Positions 51,687 to 64,000 of a stretch of DNA of 64,000 nt are shown one piece after another (within the stretch, counting starts at the first letter, position 1; every line of letters starts with the position of its first letter). The translations under genes and the position numbers were made by a program. The stretch is from the NCBI GenBank assembly GCA_034780895.1, contig JAUZTB010000017.1, positions 16,905,005 to 16,969,004 on the forward strand, given 5' to 3'. Origin of the DNA: Rhynchobatus australiae. Lineage: Eukaryota. The notes under the pieces are model-generated. The model did no database searches. It saw nothing but the letters and a program-made list of their open reading frames with translations, and had not been told where the DNA came from.

Positions 51687-54600
51687 ATGGCAGTTAATTA
51701 TATGCTTCTTCAAATGGATTTTTAAGTTTACTTTATTTCAAAATCTAATTTCATTTTGATGTATCACAAAGAAAAAAGGGTATCCTAGAAGTTGTACATC
51801 ATATAAAATATATGTTTCTTACACAATTACTGAAGAGTTGTATATGCATGTGTGCACATATTCACATGAATGTATGTATTCACACAAAAATATACTATCG
51901 CCTTCATGACATACATAACATTCTTATTTTGGCCTGTTACTACACTTTTAATTTTAAGAATATTATTCACATTAATCACTGACTCTGCAAGCATGATTCT
52001 ATGATGACTCCTAAGGAAACACAGTTCAGTTTTCTTGCATGAATAAAGATAAGGTGGGGTAGGTGTGAAGTAAAACAGAGGAAATGTCAAAAAATACAAT
52101 TCTTGTTCCACTTCCTTTCAGTGAATAAACAGCAAATTATTCTGTTTTAAATTATATTTGCTCTGTCCACTGCATTTTTAAAATATATTATTGCTTTTGT
52201 TAATAGCTTATAATAAATAATGTGACTTTTTCTATTGATAAAAACACATTGAAAGCACTATCCCTAATTCATTTGGTGCAAGGAAAGACTTAATAGACTG
52301 GTGATATACATTTAAATAGAATTATCATTCCTGACAACAGGGCAATTTTATTTTTTCTGAAAAAAAATCACTAAGCTTTTAAGAAAAGAACTAGGCAAAT
52401 TTTAAATAGACAAGAAAAGAGACAACCATTTTACTGCACTGCTTCATGAGCTGATGTGGCATTTAAAATAACTGCCATAATGTGAATTGAAACAAAGATC
52501 AGTTCCCTGTCTTTTGGTCAAAATCATTCTAATATTAAAATAATATCAATTTAAACACACTCCTTGGGATTTAAGGAGATCTGATTTCTCAAAGAAATAT
52601 TTACACTAAGTATTTGAATACTATTAAATTAAGAGTGTGCAAGATAAACTTTTAAACTTTTCTTCCCATGTTTATTCATAAAAAAAGTCAATGTACAGTT
52701 GATAAAAATATCTTTTGTTATATATTAAAATACAATTGAACTAACAGTAGCTCTCATTTTGTCTGCTCCAGACTTTTCTATGTTTAAGATTTCAAATTAT
52801 TGACTAGATTACTACTGAATTAACATAACACTGCTGAATTATGCACTAGTCAAGAAAAAAAGGTTGCCAGAAAAAGGACTGAAATTTACAAACAGCTCAA
52901 GAGCACAGCCTATCTGTGTTACCCTAACTATGTCATTTTAAATTCAACAAACCACCTATTCATTAGAATTTTGATCCAAAAAAACGTTCATCATGGATTC
53001 TGAATACCTTTTGTTCCTATAATTTACCAACAAATTATGATTATTAATCCACCCAATAAATAAATCAATCAACCAACTTTTCTTCGAGTTGAATGACATC
53101 TTTTAAATCCATAATTTATTAGTGACAATGCCTTCATCTGAACTTCACCTCTTAACAAATCTGTCAGCTCCTCAAAGTTCAACAAAAGCAACTTCCTGAG
53201 GTTCCACTTCTGCCCTTTGTTTTCCACTTCCTTTTGCAGACCATATTAAACAACATCTAGACTACACTTGGAGTGTCACAGAACGGTCACCACAGCTGTT
53301 ATTTTCCTCTCAGCAAATGGAATTATTTTGTACAGCTTACAAACAAAAGATACCATGGCACCTGATTGATTCCCATCATTCTAAAAGTAAAAACATGCAG
53401 TAGCTAAATGCCTACCTTTGGTAATACTGGCTATTTTCAGGATAATGCAAAATAAATCTAAATACTGGATTGTTCACTGAACATTGTAATCATTAGAAAT
53501 AACTACATATGCCTTAAAGTTCTAGACTATGTCTTGTCTATCAATTATATTAGATTTAAACAGGATTACTACTTATTTACTATAAACTTTATTACTTCTT
53601 GCTGACTAAAGTTTCAGTGTTTTCTGAAAATATATTTAACTCTGAAATGAAGATTATAAAGTGCAAATTATTTTCACTATATATCAAGAAATCGAGTCCA
53701 CGTTAATAAGGTACAGAAGTACAAAACATCTGCAAAAATTCAGTTCTCAGTGATCAATCTAGAATTCAAATGAAGTGTCCACAACAGTTAACAGAAAGAT
53801 CAAATATATAACCAGGTATTGCTGGTTATTTTATCACATGGATACATTGCAATATATCTAATTTTAAAAATACATAACAAACATCTGCCATTTAAGAGGA
53901 AAAAGTGAAACATAAATTGTAAAATCAGAACGAAACAGCTTTATTCATAGAATTCTGCAGGAACAGTGTTGAGCTAAATAATCCACAATGATTGTTGCAG
54001 AGATAGGTTTGGCTGAGGGTGGACATTCAACCAACCTATCATAGTGGTTCAAACAATATAAGCAAACCATTGGATCAGAAAGTTTTCAGACACTAACTGA
54101 GTTATTTAACAAACTTACTCAAAGAGTAGATTCTCAAAAAAAACTAACATATCATGTTGACGTTAATCAAGAAGTATTTGCATTTAAAATTCAATTAATG
54201 TCCATTTTGTAGATTAACATAAAACCTAGAATTTTAAAAGTTAGTGCCTAATCTAATTTTGCAGCATTGGATTACAAGATTTCATCATTCACTAGCTCCA
54301 GTTGTAAATATACCAGCAAGGAGTAAATGTAAATTTCACTCTTCATTGTAATCTGAATACTTAAAATAAGAACATATTTTTAATTTTTTTCTGAAAATAT
54401 CAGTGTTTTTGAAATATATTTATGTAACGANNNNNNNNNNNNNNNNNNNNNNTATTCTTTTTATATGTCAAGAATGAGCAAAATAAAATTGAAATAACAA
54501 TTGGTAAAAAGTGTGTGTGTGTAAAAAAATGCTAATTCTCATTTTTATCTACCTTAAAATGAATATATATATTTTATTCATTTTTTGTTATTAAATACAT

Positions 54601-54859
54601 TAACTCGGAACAGCATTGCACTTTAGTAAAACCATTGACGACGTGTGTACATCAGTAAATTTTCAAACTGCAAACATTATTTAAAAAGTGCAGCACATTT
54701 GAAACACAATACCTTATTCCACTCAGTGATATTTTCAGATATTAATATGAATAATTTCCCCATAAAAGTAATCAAAACTGTGCATTAAATAACAGAAACA
54801 TTAAGAAATAAATGTTCTTTTTAAATCAAAGGTATTAAATTTTTTTGAGGGTGTAAATG

Positions 54860-55650
54860 ATGCTCAGCTGTCACAAGGCTTGGCGACATCTGTTTTCTCT
54901 AATTACCAATACTCTCCTCTTTTTGAGGAGTTTTTCAAAGAAAACCAAAAACAAACTATTGAATTCTCTTAAAGCCCTGTTCTCTTTTAGGCTTCTGTTG
55001 GCCATATCATGGTGAAGATCATTGCATGTTGAGCTGGCCATTGTGCAGATTGTGTGCTTTGTTTGGGGGATAAATTGGGGTTTGGGCCTTAGCTACCGTA
55101 GTTCAAGCGTAAAATACTTTGCCATAACACCGTATACTGTTGCCAGCGACCCTCTAAATCCTTGAACCAACTGTGTCCTTTAGTGTCACAACAAATAATG
55201 CTGATTTATTACAATGTGCAAGTTTCTACTGATTAAAATAAGCCACAAGCACGTGGTATTGGAATTAGCACATTTAGAAGCCTGTTTCCCACATCCTATT
55301 TTGCGCTAGTGCGGCTGATCCCTGCAATTCTACGCGGGTGCAATTTTAATGACTGCTATGTTTTTGATGTTTCGATGAAAACGCTGCTAGGTGTTTGTGG
55401 CAGCACTAGATACCGAGCCTGAATTGCTGTGATTGGAACGCTGTGACACTAGCTCTGTTTACGATATCATCGGTGTCATTTTCCTTTTAACGATAAGACA
55501 CTTCCCTGACAAGGCTCGATTAGGGAAAAAATTATTATTACATTCACTTTTTTCAGACAGGATAGCGAGATAAACTGGAGAGAGCCTTAGGGGAGAAAAA
55601 AGGTGAAGATACCAGAAAAACAAATAAAAAAAATCTTTGCTGCTGTCAAA
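54860..55650. promoter_or_regulatory. Candidate intronic enhancer / conserved non-coding element
   Basis: 18 CpGs counted in 55096-55567 within a CpG-poor background; TGATTTAT, CACGTG and TGACA motifs; no recognisable repeat. Function is inferred only. Confidence 0.5.
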
Positions 55651-56399
55651 CTATTTAATTAATAGAAAAATATACTGAATATTATATTCATCTTCAGTAA
55701 TACGGATTCATTTGACTTTTATTACTACTAACTTCCTGATTTTATAATTTTGCATTTTAGGTTCCTTTGGCTTTGATTAATTTTGCACTGTGCATATTTC
55801 ACAAAATAATATGAAATATTCTTTATCATGCAATGATACCAGATGCAAGATTAGTTCACTCAATGCTGATTTTGCTAAAGAATAAAGATGGTTAAGTAGC
55901 TAACAAGATGCAGCACTTTCTTTAAGTACTCCAGCTTCTTTCCTAATAATAGGGAAGCTGTGAGTGAGCCAAAATACACAATATGTCCCATTCAAAAAGG
56001 CTAAATGTATATTGGCGTCATTATTCATTCTACAGGAAGTTCTAAATTCATGACGATAAAATAATTAAGTCGTTTTACATTCAAGAACACTGAAGAAAAC
56101 ACTACCAACTTATTGGAATTCTTGCTGAAGCTATTAAACACTTTTGGATGTTTTGTATTAAAAGGAGGGTGAAAATTAGGTTAATTTCACAACACCAACT
56201 GCAGGTTATTTTCAGTAATGCTAGATTAGAATCATTAGGTGCTGCTAATTGTTAGACTCTGTACATCCAAGACAATTATTGCAAGAACAACCATATCAGA
56301 TTCTCCAGTTTTGCTTCTGTTGACTAAAACATCAATAGTGAAGTTACCAGAGGCTAGGGAGAGATCAGAGTGTGATGGTTACAGGAGTACTTGAATACC

Positions 56400-56830
56400 C
56401 ATCGTCTGGCACAGCAAGATCTCAAAGTCTCCAATAGGCTTCAAAGAGAACTGATTATTTTTTTTCCAAGACCCTCCGCTTTCCAGTGAAGCTGTAACCA
56501 TGATTTTTTTTCCGCCTAATGCCATAGAAAAAAAATCAAAACAGGCTAAACAAATTGATGTACTCTTTAATATAGTCAGTGCATCATCATAGGATCTTGT
56601 GTCTCGCTTGCTGACAAGTTGAGCTCTGTGTACCACACATCTATCACTTTGTTGGCAACTTCAATGCTTCAGGAGAAAAAAAGCCTCTCAATTGAGATAT
56701 TGGCACCTTTGATTGACATAGCCTAATCAGCTTATCTGCACATTAATAAAGCTGATGGCCTGCAGTGTTGGTCTTGTACCCAAGCTCAATGAACTTACAG
56801 GAGCAAAAGCCTCTAGGGCCAGCCTAATGG
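56400..56830. promoter_or_regulatory. Candidate enhancer with overlapping TCF/LEF and Pbx-Meis motifs
   Basis: CCTTTGAT at 56706-56713 overlaps TGATTGACA at 56710-56718, followed by TAATCA and CTTATCT. Confidence 0.4.
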
Positions 56831-57689
56831 TACCAGAAGCCATTTACTGCTGAATGCTTCCAGAAATAGCAGAGTACAGCAGCAACATGGTTTAAATGTG
56901 AAAATCTTTCCATTTGTTTTGAGAGATTTTTATTTCCTGTTGTAAAGTATTTCTTCTGCTTGGATCATGTTGTATCCCTAATATACCTATTAACATAAAG
57001 CTCCATTTAATTTTCCAGACTTACAAACAAACATTTATTCCATCAATACTATTTTCAGTTACTTGCAACGGCATTTCACACTAGTAATGAGTAATGGACA
57101 ATATACGTGTAGAAATGTAAACTATTGCCTGAAGTTCTAATGATATTACACAAATGGAACAGATCACAAGGACAGACACAAGATCCTTTGGTATCAACAG
57201 AGTCTGGTCACTTTATACAAGATTCTTGCATTCCTTAAAAAAGTCTCTTCAAAATAAAAACATTAAAATGGAATGCACAAACCAAATATGTTGCATTACT
57301 CATGTTTATTTCAATTATGCTACTGTCTGTAATTAATTTGTAACTTTAGTATTCAACTACAAACAATTTGTGAACTTAACTCTGAAATGCAGTTCTCCTA
57401 GGGCAATATCCTACAATGTTTTTACTGTGCTGAATGATTATTTAACTTGTTAAAAAAAGGTAATATTATTTACTTTTAAATATCAAAAATCACACACCAA
57501 AAGAGAAGTGCATTCGTGATGGTATGGAATTGTCTATTTTAAAGGTTTCTCTTCATGTTCAATTAATGCACAGGTGTGATTACGTGAAGACTTTTGTTAA
57601 ATGCTTAATTTAACAATGCCTTATATTTCTAATTAATATGCTGCTGCAATTTTGCATTAGTTATGATGTTTAATTCTTTTCACTACTCT

Positions 57690-58570
57690 GCCTTGGACAG
57701 CTCCGGCATTCTCACATGCATCTATCCTGTGGCCCCTCCTACTTATTCAAATGCCATCCTTTGGCAGCGTCATCCAACCACTGGACCAATTTCCCCAGAT
57801 ACTGACTACAACAACTCTCATTCTACAACACCACTCTTGAGCATCCTGACCTTCTATGAATTATCAATCAGCATGTCTGACTGACATCCATGACTAACTA
57901 AGTAGAAATTTCCCACCAACTGGATATTAGGAATACCCAAAGCATATCCTTTGCCCTGCCCCAGACCTCATGACATTACCTTCTACCTGACTACTGTCTG
58001 AGGCTAAAATTATACCATTTGCAAACTTGGAGTCAAATGTTACNNNNNNNNNNNNNNNNNNNNNNNCTTCAGGCTAAATATTGAAGTAACTTCATAACAT
58101 TGCCTAATTCTAGCCCTGTCTCACTTGCTACTGAATCTGTCATCCATGTCTTTGTTGCATCTTCACTACTATTCCAATGCACACCTAGCTTATCTACTTC
58201 ATTCTACCTTCAGTATAGAGTTGGGGATCACACCATACGCAACAACTGTATAAAATGTCCCAAGTCACAGACAGTTGCTCTCACTGATCACCCAGATACA
58301 CACTGAACCATACTGGCTCCCAGTTAACCAATGCCTAAGTTTCAAAATGATCATCCTTGATTTCAAATATCTACATAGCCTCACACATCCTTAGTTCTGC
58401 AATTTTCTCTAGTCCTATAACCCTACTCGATACCTTCCCTCCTCCAAATCCATTCTCGATCATTCCCAAATTTAGTTGCACCTTCATTAGTTGAAGTGCT
58501 TTTAGGTGAAGCTCAAGGTCTGGAATTTCATTCCACATCTCTGGAGAGTTTTCCTCATCATATGACATAT
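57690..58570 (+). mobile_element. Old L2 LINE fragment
   Basis: TESVIHVFVAS (compare AETLIHAFVTSRLDY) and YWLPVNQCLSFKMIILDFKYLHSL (compare LHWLPV.QR..FKIL.LVFK.LHGL). Confidence 0.75.
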
Positions 58571-60937
58571 TGCTATGGGAAAACTAATCTCTGCTCAAGA
58601 AGAGAACACTCTTTCATTGTCTAAAACATACACTACCTGCTTTCTTATCACAAAACTAAAGGTCCAATCACAAAAGTCTTTGATACAGATTGCCTTCGAA
58701 CCTTTTTGATGCAATTTATAATGGCACTTGCAAATTTCAATCCTCAATGGGTGTAGAAAAAGACAGGCAAAAAACAAGAGATATTAGTTGGTATATAATT
58801 ATCATTAGTTTAATCAATAAATGTTGCATTCTACTAAAAAAAACATTGTATTTATTTTATTCAGAATAAAGAGCAGAGAAATACATGGCTGTAATTCAGT
58901 CTCAAGGTTCTGACATGATCAAAACCCCTCAATTCAATTGCAGCCTTTTATCGGACTATCTGCCATCTATTAACCTATATACAGAAGTGTCACATCTCTC
59001 TAAAACAGGGTGGTTGATTTCTCAGTAAAACTAACCGCTTATTATCCAAGGTCTGGTATAATGAATGCTTGTAAAACTCTGTCAGCTAGTCACATAACAC
59101 AGCCACACAAAAATGCAGTGAACCCACTGACAACTGCTATCCGAAGATGCAAACTTCACCAGGAAAATTCTAAAAGTTCCAAAAATGGAAAAAAAAATTG
59201 TTTTATATCACGGAGCTGTTACAAGCTTTAATAAATAGCTTTGCTAGAAACAAGAATTTACTTGTCTCACTATAAAATACTTACAAAAGCTACTTCAGTT
59301 AAATTGAGATTTTGAAAAAGATTGTTTTTGATTTTTTTGGTGCATTTAACCAAGAAAAGTTAGTGTGAGATCGTGTGTTTTTTATTCCCCTTACCAATAT
59401 ATTTTCCTTTGTCTCCTTTGAGGAGTTGCATCTCCAGAGATGCTTCATTCGTCAATACTTTGTCAAATGCCCAAATGGCCATTANNNNNNNNNNGTTGGC
59501 GAATGTCAATCGGCTATTCCACTACAAGGATATCTAAACCAAGCCTAATGTTGACAAGAAATGCAAGATTCCAACAGAGCTATTGGATAGCAATCAGAAG
59601 TGGGAATTCTGTCTGACTTTTACCTTCCAAACCTATTGAAGAATGCCCACTGCTGAGATTGACTAATGCAATGCAATTTAGCAATAAATCACATTAGCAT
59701 TCTGGTCTGTATTTCTCAGCAACATGTATTGCTATGTATTGCTTTCACCAAATATACTCCACATAATGCCAGAACAGAGAGTCAAAGCAGTTGCCAATTA
59801 GAACTCTAGAGCTTTGCACTAAAGAAACCTGAATATTATTAGAACTCTCTGCTCTTAGCACGTTTGTTTACATTCAGTGTGTGAAAAAAAAATCATCCGG
59901 CTTGCTCTTAATTCATTTTAACTGAATTGACCATAGTAAATTTTTTATTCAATAGCTGTAGTTTGCTTTTATCCTGAATGATCCTCAAAAGGTTTACACA
60001 TTTTTCTGCTGGATCTGCTCTACTGGTGTCTTTTTTAGTCTCTGAATAGGCAACAACCTATTTCTTTGTTTTCTCAGTTAAGGTCTCTCTTACAGAGTCC
60101 CTTTTGGCTGCACCACCTTTTTGAAAAGATTCCCATTGACAACTTTCTCCAATGTCTACAAATGTATTCTGCCTCAATATTTTGATATGATTTGTTTTTA
60201 ATCTCTTACCTGCTTTATTTTCCCCTTACTACTTTTAATACCTTGCATCAGTCCACATTCTTATTAATTTCACTTTGCCTCTCTCACCATGAGATTTCTC
60301 ATCTCTCCTTTGCTGCTGTGTATTTGAAGCCTGATTATGAGTATAGTGCTGCAGAATTGTTCCACCTGACCTCAAGCTTGAACCATATAATTTCTGAACT
60401 TCCTTTCAAAAATATGGAACACATATAAACTATATTATTTCTCAGAAATTTAACAGGAAAGCAACGAATAACTTGCTCAGTCATAAATGCCTATACAAAA
60501 ATAAATCACCTTCTACCTTCAGCCCAAAGTCACTGTGATTTACTTTTACATTAACCAATTTTTTCTTCATTAAAATGTGTGCAGAGAAATTAAAGTTTTC
60601 CACCTGATAAGTATAACAAGAGAATTAAGATTATAAATGTGGTTGTTCCTTAAGAATTGAAATACTCCACATGGAATTTTTGCTTCTGCAAATACCTTGT
60701 AATTAATAAGTAAAAATATTTCACTATATATTATTCTGTTAGATAAACATCACATGTTGTTATAATACATACATTTGAGAAACACAAATAAACACCTGAT
60801 CACCATGCCAATTTATAAGCTACATTTATAGCTGATGTCTTTCCACGTGCCTCACCATGAAGTGCACCAGAAATGTCATGTGTCATGATCACTACTGCGC
60901 ATAAGGCAGATAATTTGTTCCCTCTCAAAATCCTTAC

Positions 60938-61022
60938 CAGTTTCAACGGTCAGTTGATATCCAGCCTCCAGTCTCCGTGTTGACCTTTCCAACCGCTCTG
61001 TATTATCCAACAGGCATGCTCT
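60938..61022 (-). CDS. vti1a: vti1a coding exon (equivalent of human exon 5), 85 nt: RACLLDNTERLERSTRRLEAGYQLTVET
   Basis: ttttgtttcAG|AGAGCATGC...GAAACTG|GTaagg. The translation matches the recalled human VTI1A segment RAHLLDNTERLERSSRRLEAGYQIAVET; phase 0-1. Confidence 0.97.
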
Positions 61023-62819
61023 CTGAAACAAAATTGTAGATGATTATAGACAACACTTAAGCACTAGGTACAATTATATTTAATTTTATAGTAAAGGAAC
61101 CATCAAGGGAAAAATTGCTAAATTTTGGAATCAGGCAGTGTAATAATTTTTAGGAAGAGCCAGGTTCAGCAAAACAAAGAAATAAAATCTATTTTTTTTA
61201 TATATAAACTGTTCAGGTAATTTAACTTCTTCAAGAAAATGATATTTTCAATAGATGCCAAAAAATCCACGTGCTATTTTCAGCAAATGAGGATGAAGTG
61301 GATGCCATATGTAAAATCATTTTTCCTTAAATTAAAATTTAGTCAAGGCTAAATTCTAAATATATATCTATACAAACATAAATAAACATCTGATCACCAT
61401 GCCAAAGACATAAAATAGAATTCCAGTTTTGTGCACAGAGAGACTCTTGTAGATTGGGGTAGAATAAGGTATTGAAAACATATGTACTTAATCTAATGTC
61501 AATTCTTTGTATCAAGTTTGAAATTACTATTTCCTTGTATTGAACTAAATAAAGTTGGATTTTTTTCAGGAAACAAAGAATAACATTATGAAGCCTAATT
61601 TAACAAGAATTAATCCTGAGCAACGTGAACATGATGTATTCGATTCCATCTGAACCATTAAGTTTTACACACATATATTTATGGGTTAGAACAATTTCAA
61701 AATGCTAACATGATGTATTACCATCGTAACCAAAAATCAGTTTCATTAAATGTTCACAAATTTCCAAAAGTTCATTTCAATGATCTCTTACCAATAGAAG
61801 ATAAGTGCCACATTTTTGGAGACAAGACTAGTGCAAGATTTAGATTTGCTACGTTTTATTGATTATTAGCAATACATTGCAATTTGAGAACAATCATGTG
61901 ATAGTTTTGATCTTTAATAGTTTTTACTTGCATTTTTCTAACCTGTCTTATTATGAGATCCTACAGAATTTCACTTGGGATTCTGTGCTCATTACAGCAA
62001 AATGTGAATGCCAGGAGTCTTATTTAAACTGATGTTCTGTTGAATAATTAGGCTCCAATAGTGTGCCACACAAGTTGAAATAAATAGCTGTATAATAAGT
62101 GGAATTTCAGATAAGCAGAGCTGCAGCACAATTATCATATCTTATACAAAAAGCATCTGCAACATTTTATTGTTATTGTTACTGCGTCATTAACATACAC
62201 AAGCTTTTTACGACCATGCTAAAAATGAAAAAAAGCCTTTAATCAGTACGTAATGAATTTAAGTATTAGAATTGAAGTTTATTTCCACAAGTAAACAGAA
62301 AATAATGTCAAAAGCACAGAAACCATATTTTGATTAATGCTCTTCAAAAAAAACATCTGTATCTACATATTGCAGGAGTGCAAATTATTACCTTTAACTG
62401 ATTAGACCAAGATACACATAGTTAAATAACTCAATCTAGGTAAAGGAATATGGAAAATTATTGAAGTTTAGAAGCAAAGGTTTATTTTGTTCTTTTCACT
62501 CTTTGCTGTAGTCATGAAAAAGTTCAGAACTTGTATTAAGTGTTTTAACAATTTCTTTTTTTGCGAAGAAATACTAATGCACGAAAAAAAGAGGAAAGGA
62601 ATGGTTTTCACATACAGGACAGGATTCCCACTTGCAATGTTGTTTCCTATACTTTACACCCATCAACTCTTTTCTTTGGAGAATTTTAATCCTATATTCT
62701 TTCAGGGAAAAAAAAAGGCGAGACCCTGGTTTGTCATCCAAGTTCTATTCATGCTGTCAAAAGGCATACAAACTAATCACATGGAAAAAACAAGAGGGGC
62801 TACCACATTTCAAGACCAT

Positions 62820-63350
62820 TTTTAAGTTTGACAGTCAGAAAGCTTCACCAAGAACTTTCTTCCCTGACAGATGTCACTTAAAATTGGAGAAATACTTTCT
62901 AATAAAAATGGTGCCATATGAACAATCTGAATCATGTCCATAGAAGTGAGTTGCCTTGCTCTAATGAGCCCCTATGGATCTCCCTGATGCAGCTGTATTG
63001 ACATGCTCACTTAAGCTAATACACCTAGACCAAGATGCCTTGGTGCCTTGAGCACTGACAGTCTGGGATACTGACAGTGTATCTTGCTTCAATCTACAAA
63101 GAAGAAGTGATTAGAATGTTATCATTACCATTCGAAACGTGATTTTCCTATTCCCTCCTGGCAGAGGTGACATATCTGTGAGATGTGGCCAGCAGATCGC
63201 AGCAGCTAAAGCCACTTCAAAGCTTCCCTTGAAATTTTTTTCGAAATCATTAGAACAATGTGTTCAGATCAACGCAGATAGGACCTGATGTGAAGGTCAG
63301 GCACATTGCAATAACAATCTATACTAATTAATCTGGTTCTTCAAATAGTG
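62820..63350. promoter_or_regulatory. Candidate regulatory block with clustered TGACAG sites
   Basis: TGACAG at 62829, 62865, 63056 and 63072, all on the same strand. Confidence 0.4.
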
Positions 63351-63527
63351 AGTATACTTGTTTTGTATAAATTATACCGAAATTTATTTTATTTTTATAT
63401 TATGCAAGGTAAAAAAAATCTTGTAGGATTTGTAACATGGTTCTCAAAAAAAATTAACAGTTGACAGAAAACACCAATATTTTCCAAACAAACACAGATA
63501 CCTAACAACAAACAAGGATGCACTCAC

Positions 63528-63548
63528 CTCTTCACGCAATTTTATCAA
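63528..63548 (-). CDS. vti1a: vti1a alternative 21-nt microexon (LIKLREE, Vti1a-beta insert)
   Basis: Minus strand reads ...tttctgtgcgttcacAG|TTG ATA AAA TTG CGT GAA GAG|GTgagtg. It has a long polypyrimidine tract and a consensus donor, and is phase 0-0. The peptide equals the 7-aa insert known from mammalian brain Vti1a-beta and lies upstream of the RA(H/C)LLDN exon as expected. Confidence 0.95.
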
Positions 63549-64000
63549 CTGTGAACGCACAGAAAGATGAAAAGGAAAGAAATGGCAGGGATGAAACATC
63601 TGTCATACAGTTGGGTATAACATTAACTATGACAATTTATCTGTTTACATACTTCGTATTAAGAAATCATAGAAGAACCTCTTTAAAGACCCTAAAAAAG
63701 CTCATGCAAAGAGAATTTTCAAAACCACATTTTGAAAGAACAAAGATTAGTTTTCCCTTTGTCAACACAGACTGTTACAATCATTTGTCTCTTATTTAGT
63801 ACGCGAGAGGTATGTTTGCCGCAATCTTCAAAGAGAGAAAGAGGGGCTTCATGGCAATGATTTTAAAGAGGCAAAGAGAAAATGGAGCATTATTTTAGGG
63901 AGATGATGCGTAAACCTAATCGCAGTTATCTAGTTAATAGTTACAATTAAAGCAAAGCCATTGTGAAATCACATTAATAAAAAAATTACATTAATCAGGC

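Larger units (their letters stand above)
6393..60937 (-). other. vti1a: Large vti1a intron (54,545 bp including N gaps)
   Basis: GT at 60937-60936 and AG at 6394-6393. The flanking exons join in frame (ACT G|AA CAA). Confidence 0.92.

Noticed and set aside
63518-63799. 93-aa plus-strand ORF overlapping the microexon
   Set aside because: It is antisense to vti1a, has no recognisable similarity, and reflects the composition of the complement of the polypyrimidine tract.

Overview
This is eukaryotic, AT-rich vertebrate DNA. Its repeat content (CR1, Rex1/Babar, RTE, L2, Penelope, V-SINE and Deu-SINE relics) points to a cartilaginous fish (shark or ray); that assignment is an inference. The whole window lies inside one minus-strand gene, vti1a (Qb-SNARE). 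Four coding exons with canonical GT-AG sites were read directly: a 21-nt microexon encoding LIKLREE, the Vti1a-beta insert (63528-63548), and three SNARE-region exons of 85, 71 and 62 nt (60938-61022, 6322-6392, 4620-4681). They join in frame. The N-terminal exons and the transmembrane exon lie outside the window. The rest is intron, including one of about 54.5 kb, with decayed transposons, assembly gaps and several motif-dense, transposon-poor blocks that are candidate enhancers (in other vertebrates vti1a neighbours tcf7l2). None of the supplied long ORFs is a real host gene. I found no firm evidence of a wholly new biological system. The best leads are the microexon with its regulatory motifs, a tandem splice donor that would give a transmembrane-less Vti1a, a 26-bp direct repeat bracketing one exon, a hairpin Penelope-derived mini-element with a target-site duplication, and the candidate enhancers. 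Repeat boundaries are approximate and family calls come from recalled motifs, not database searches.
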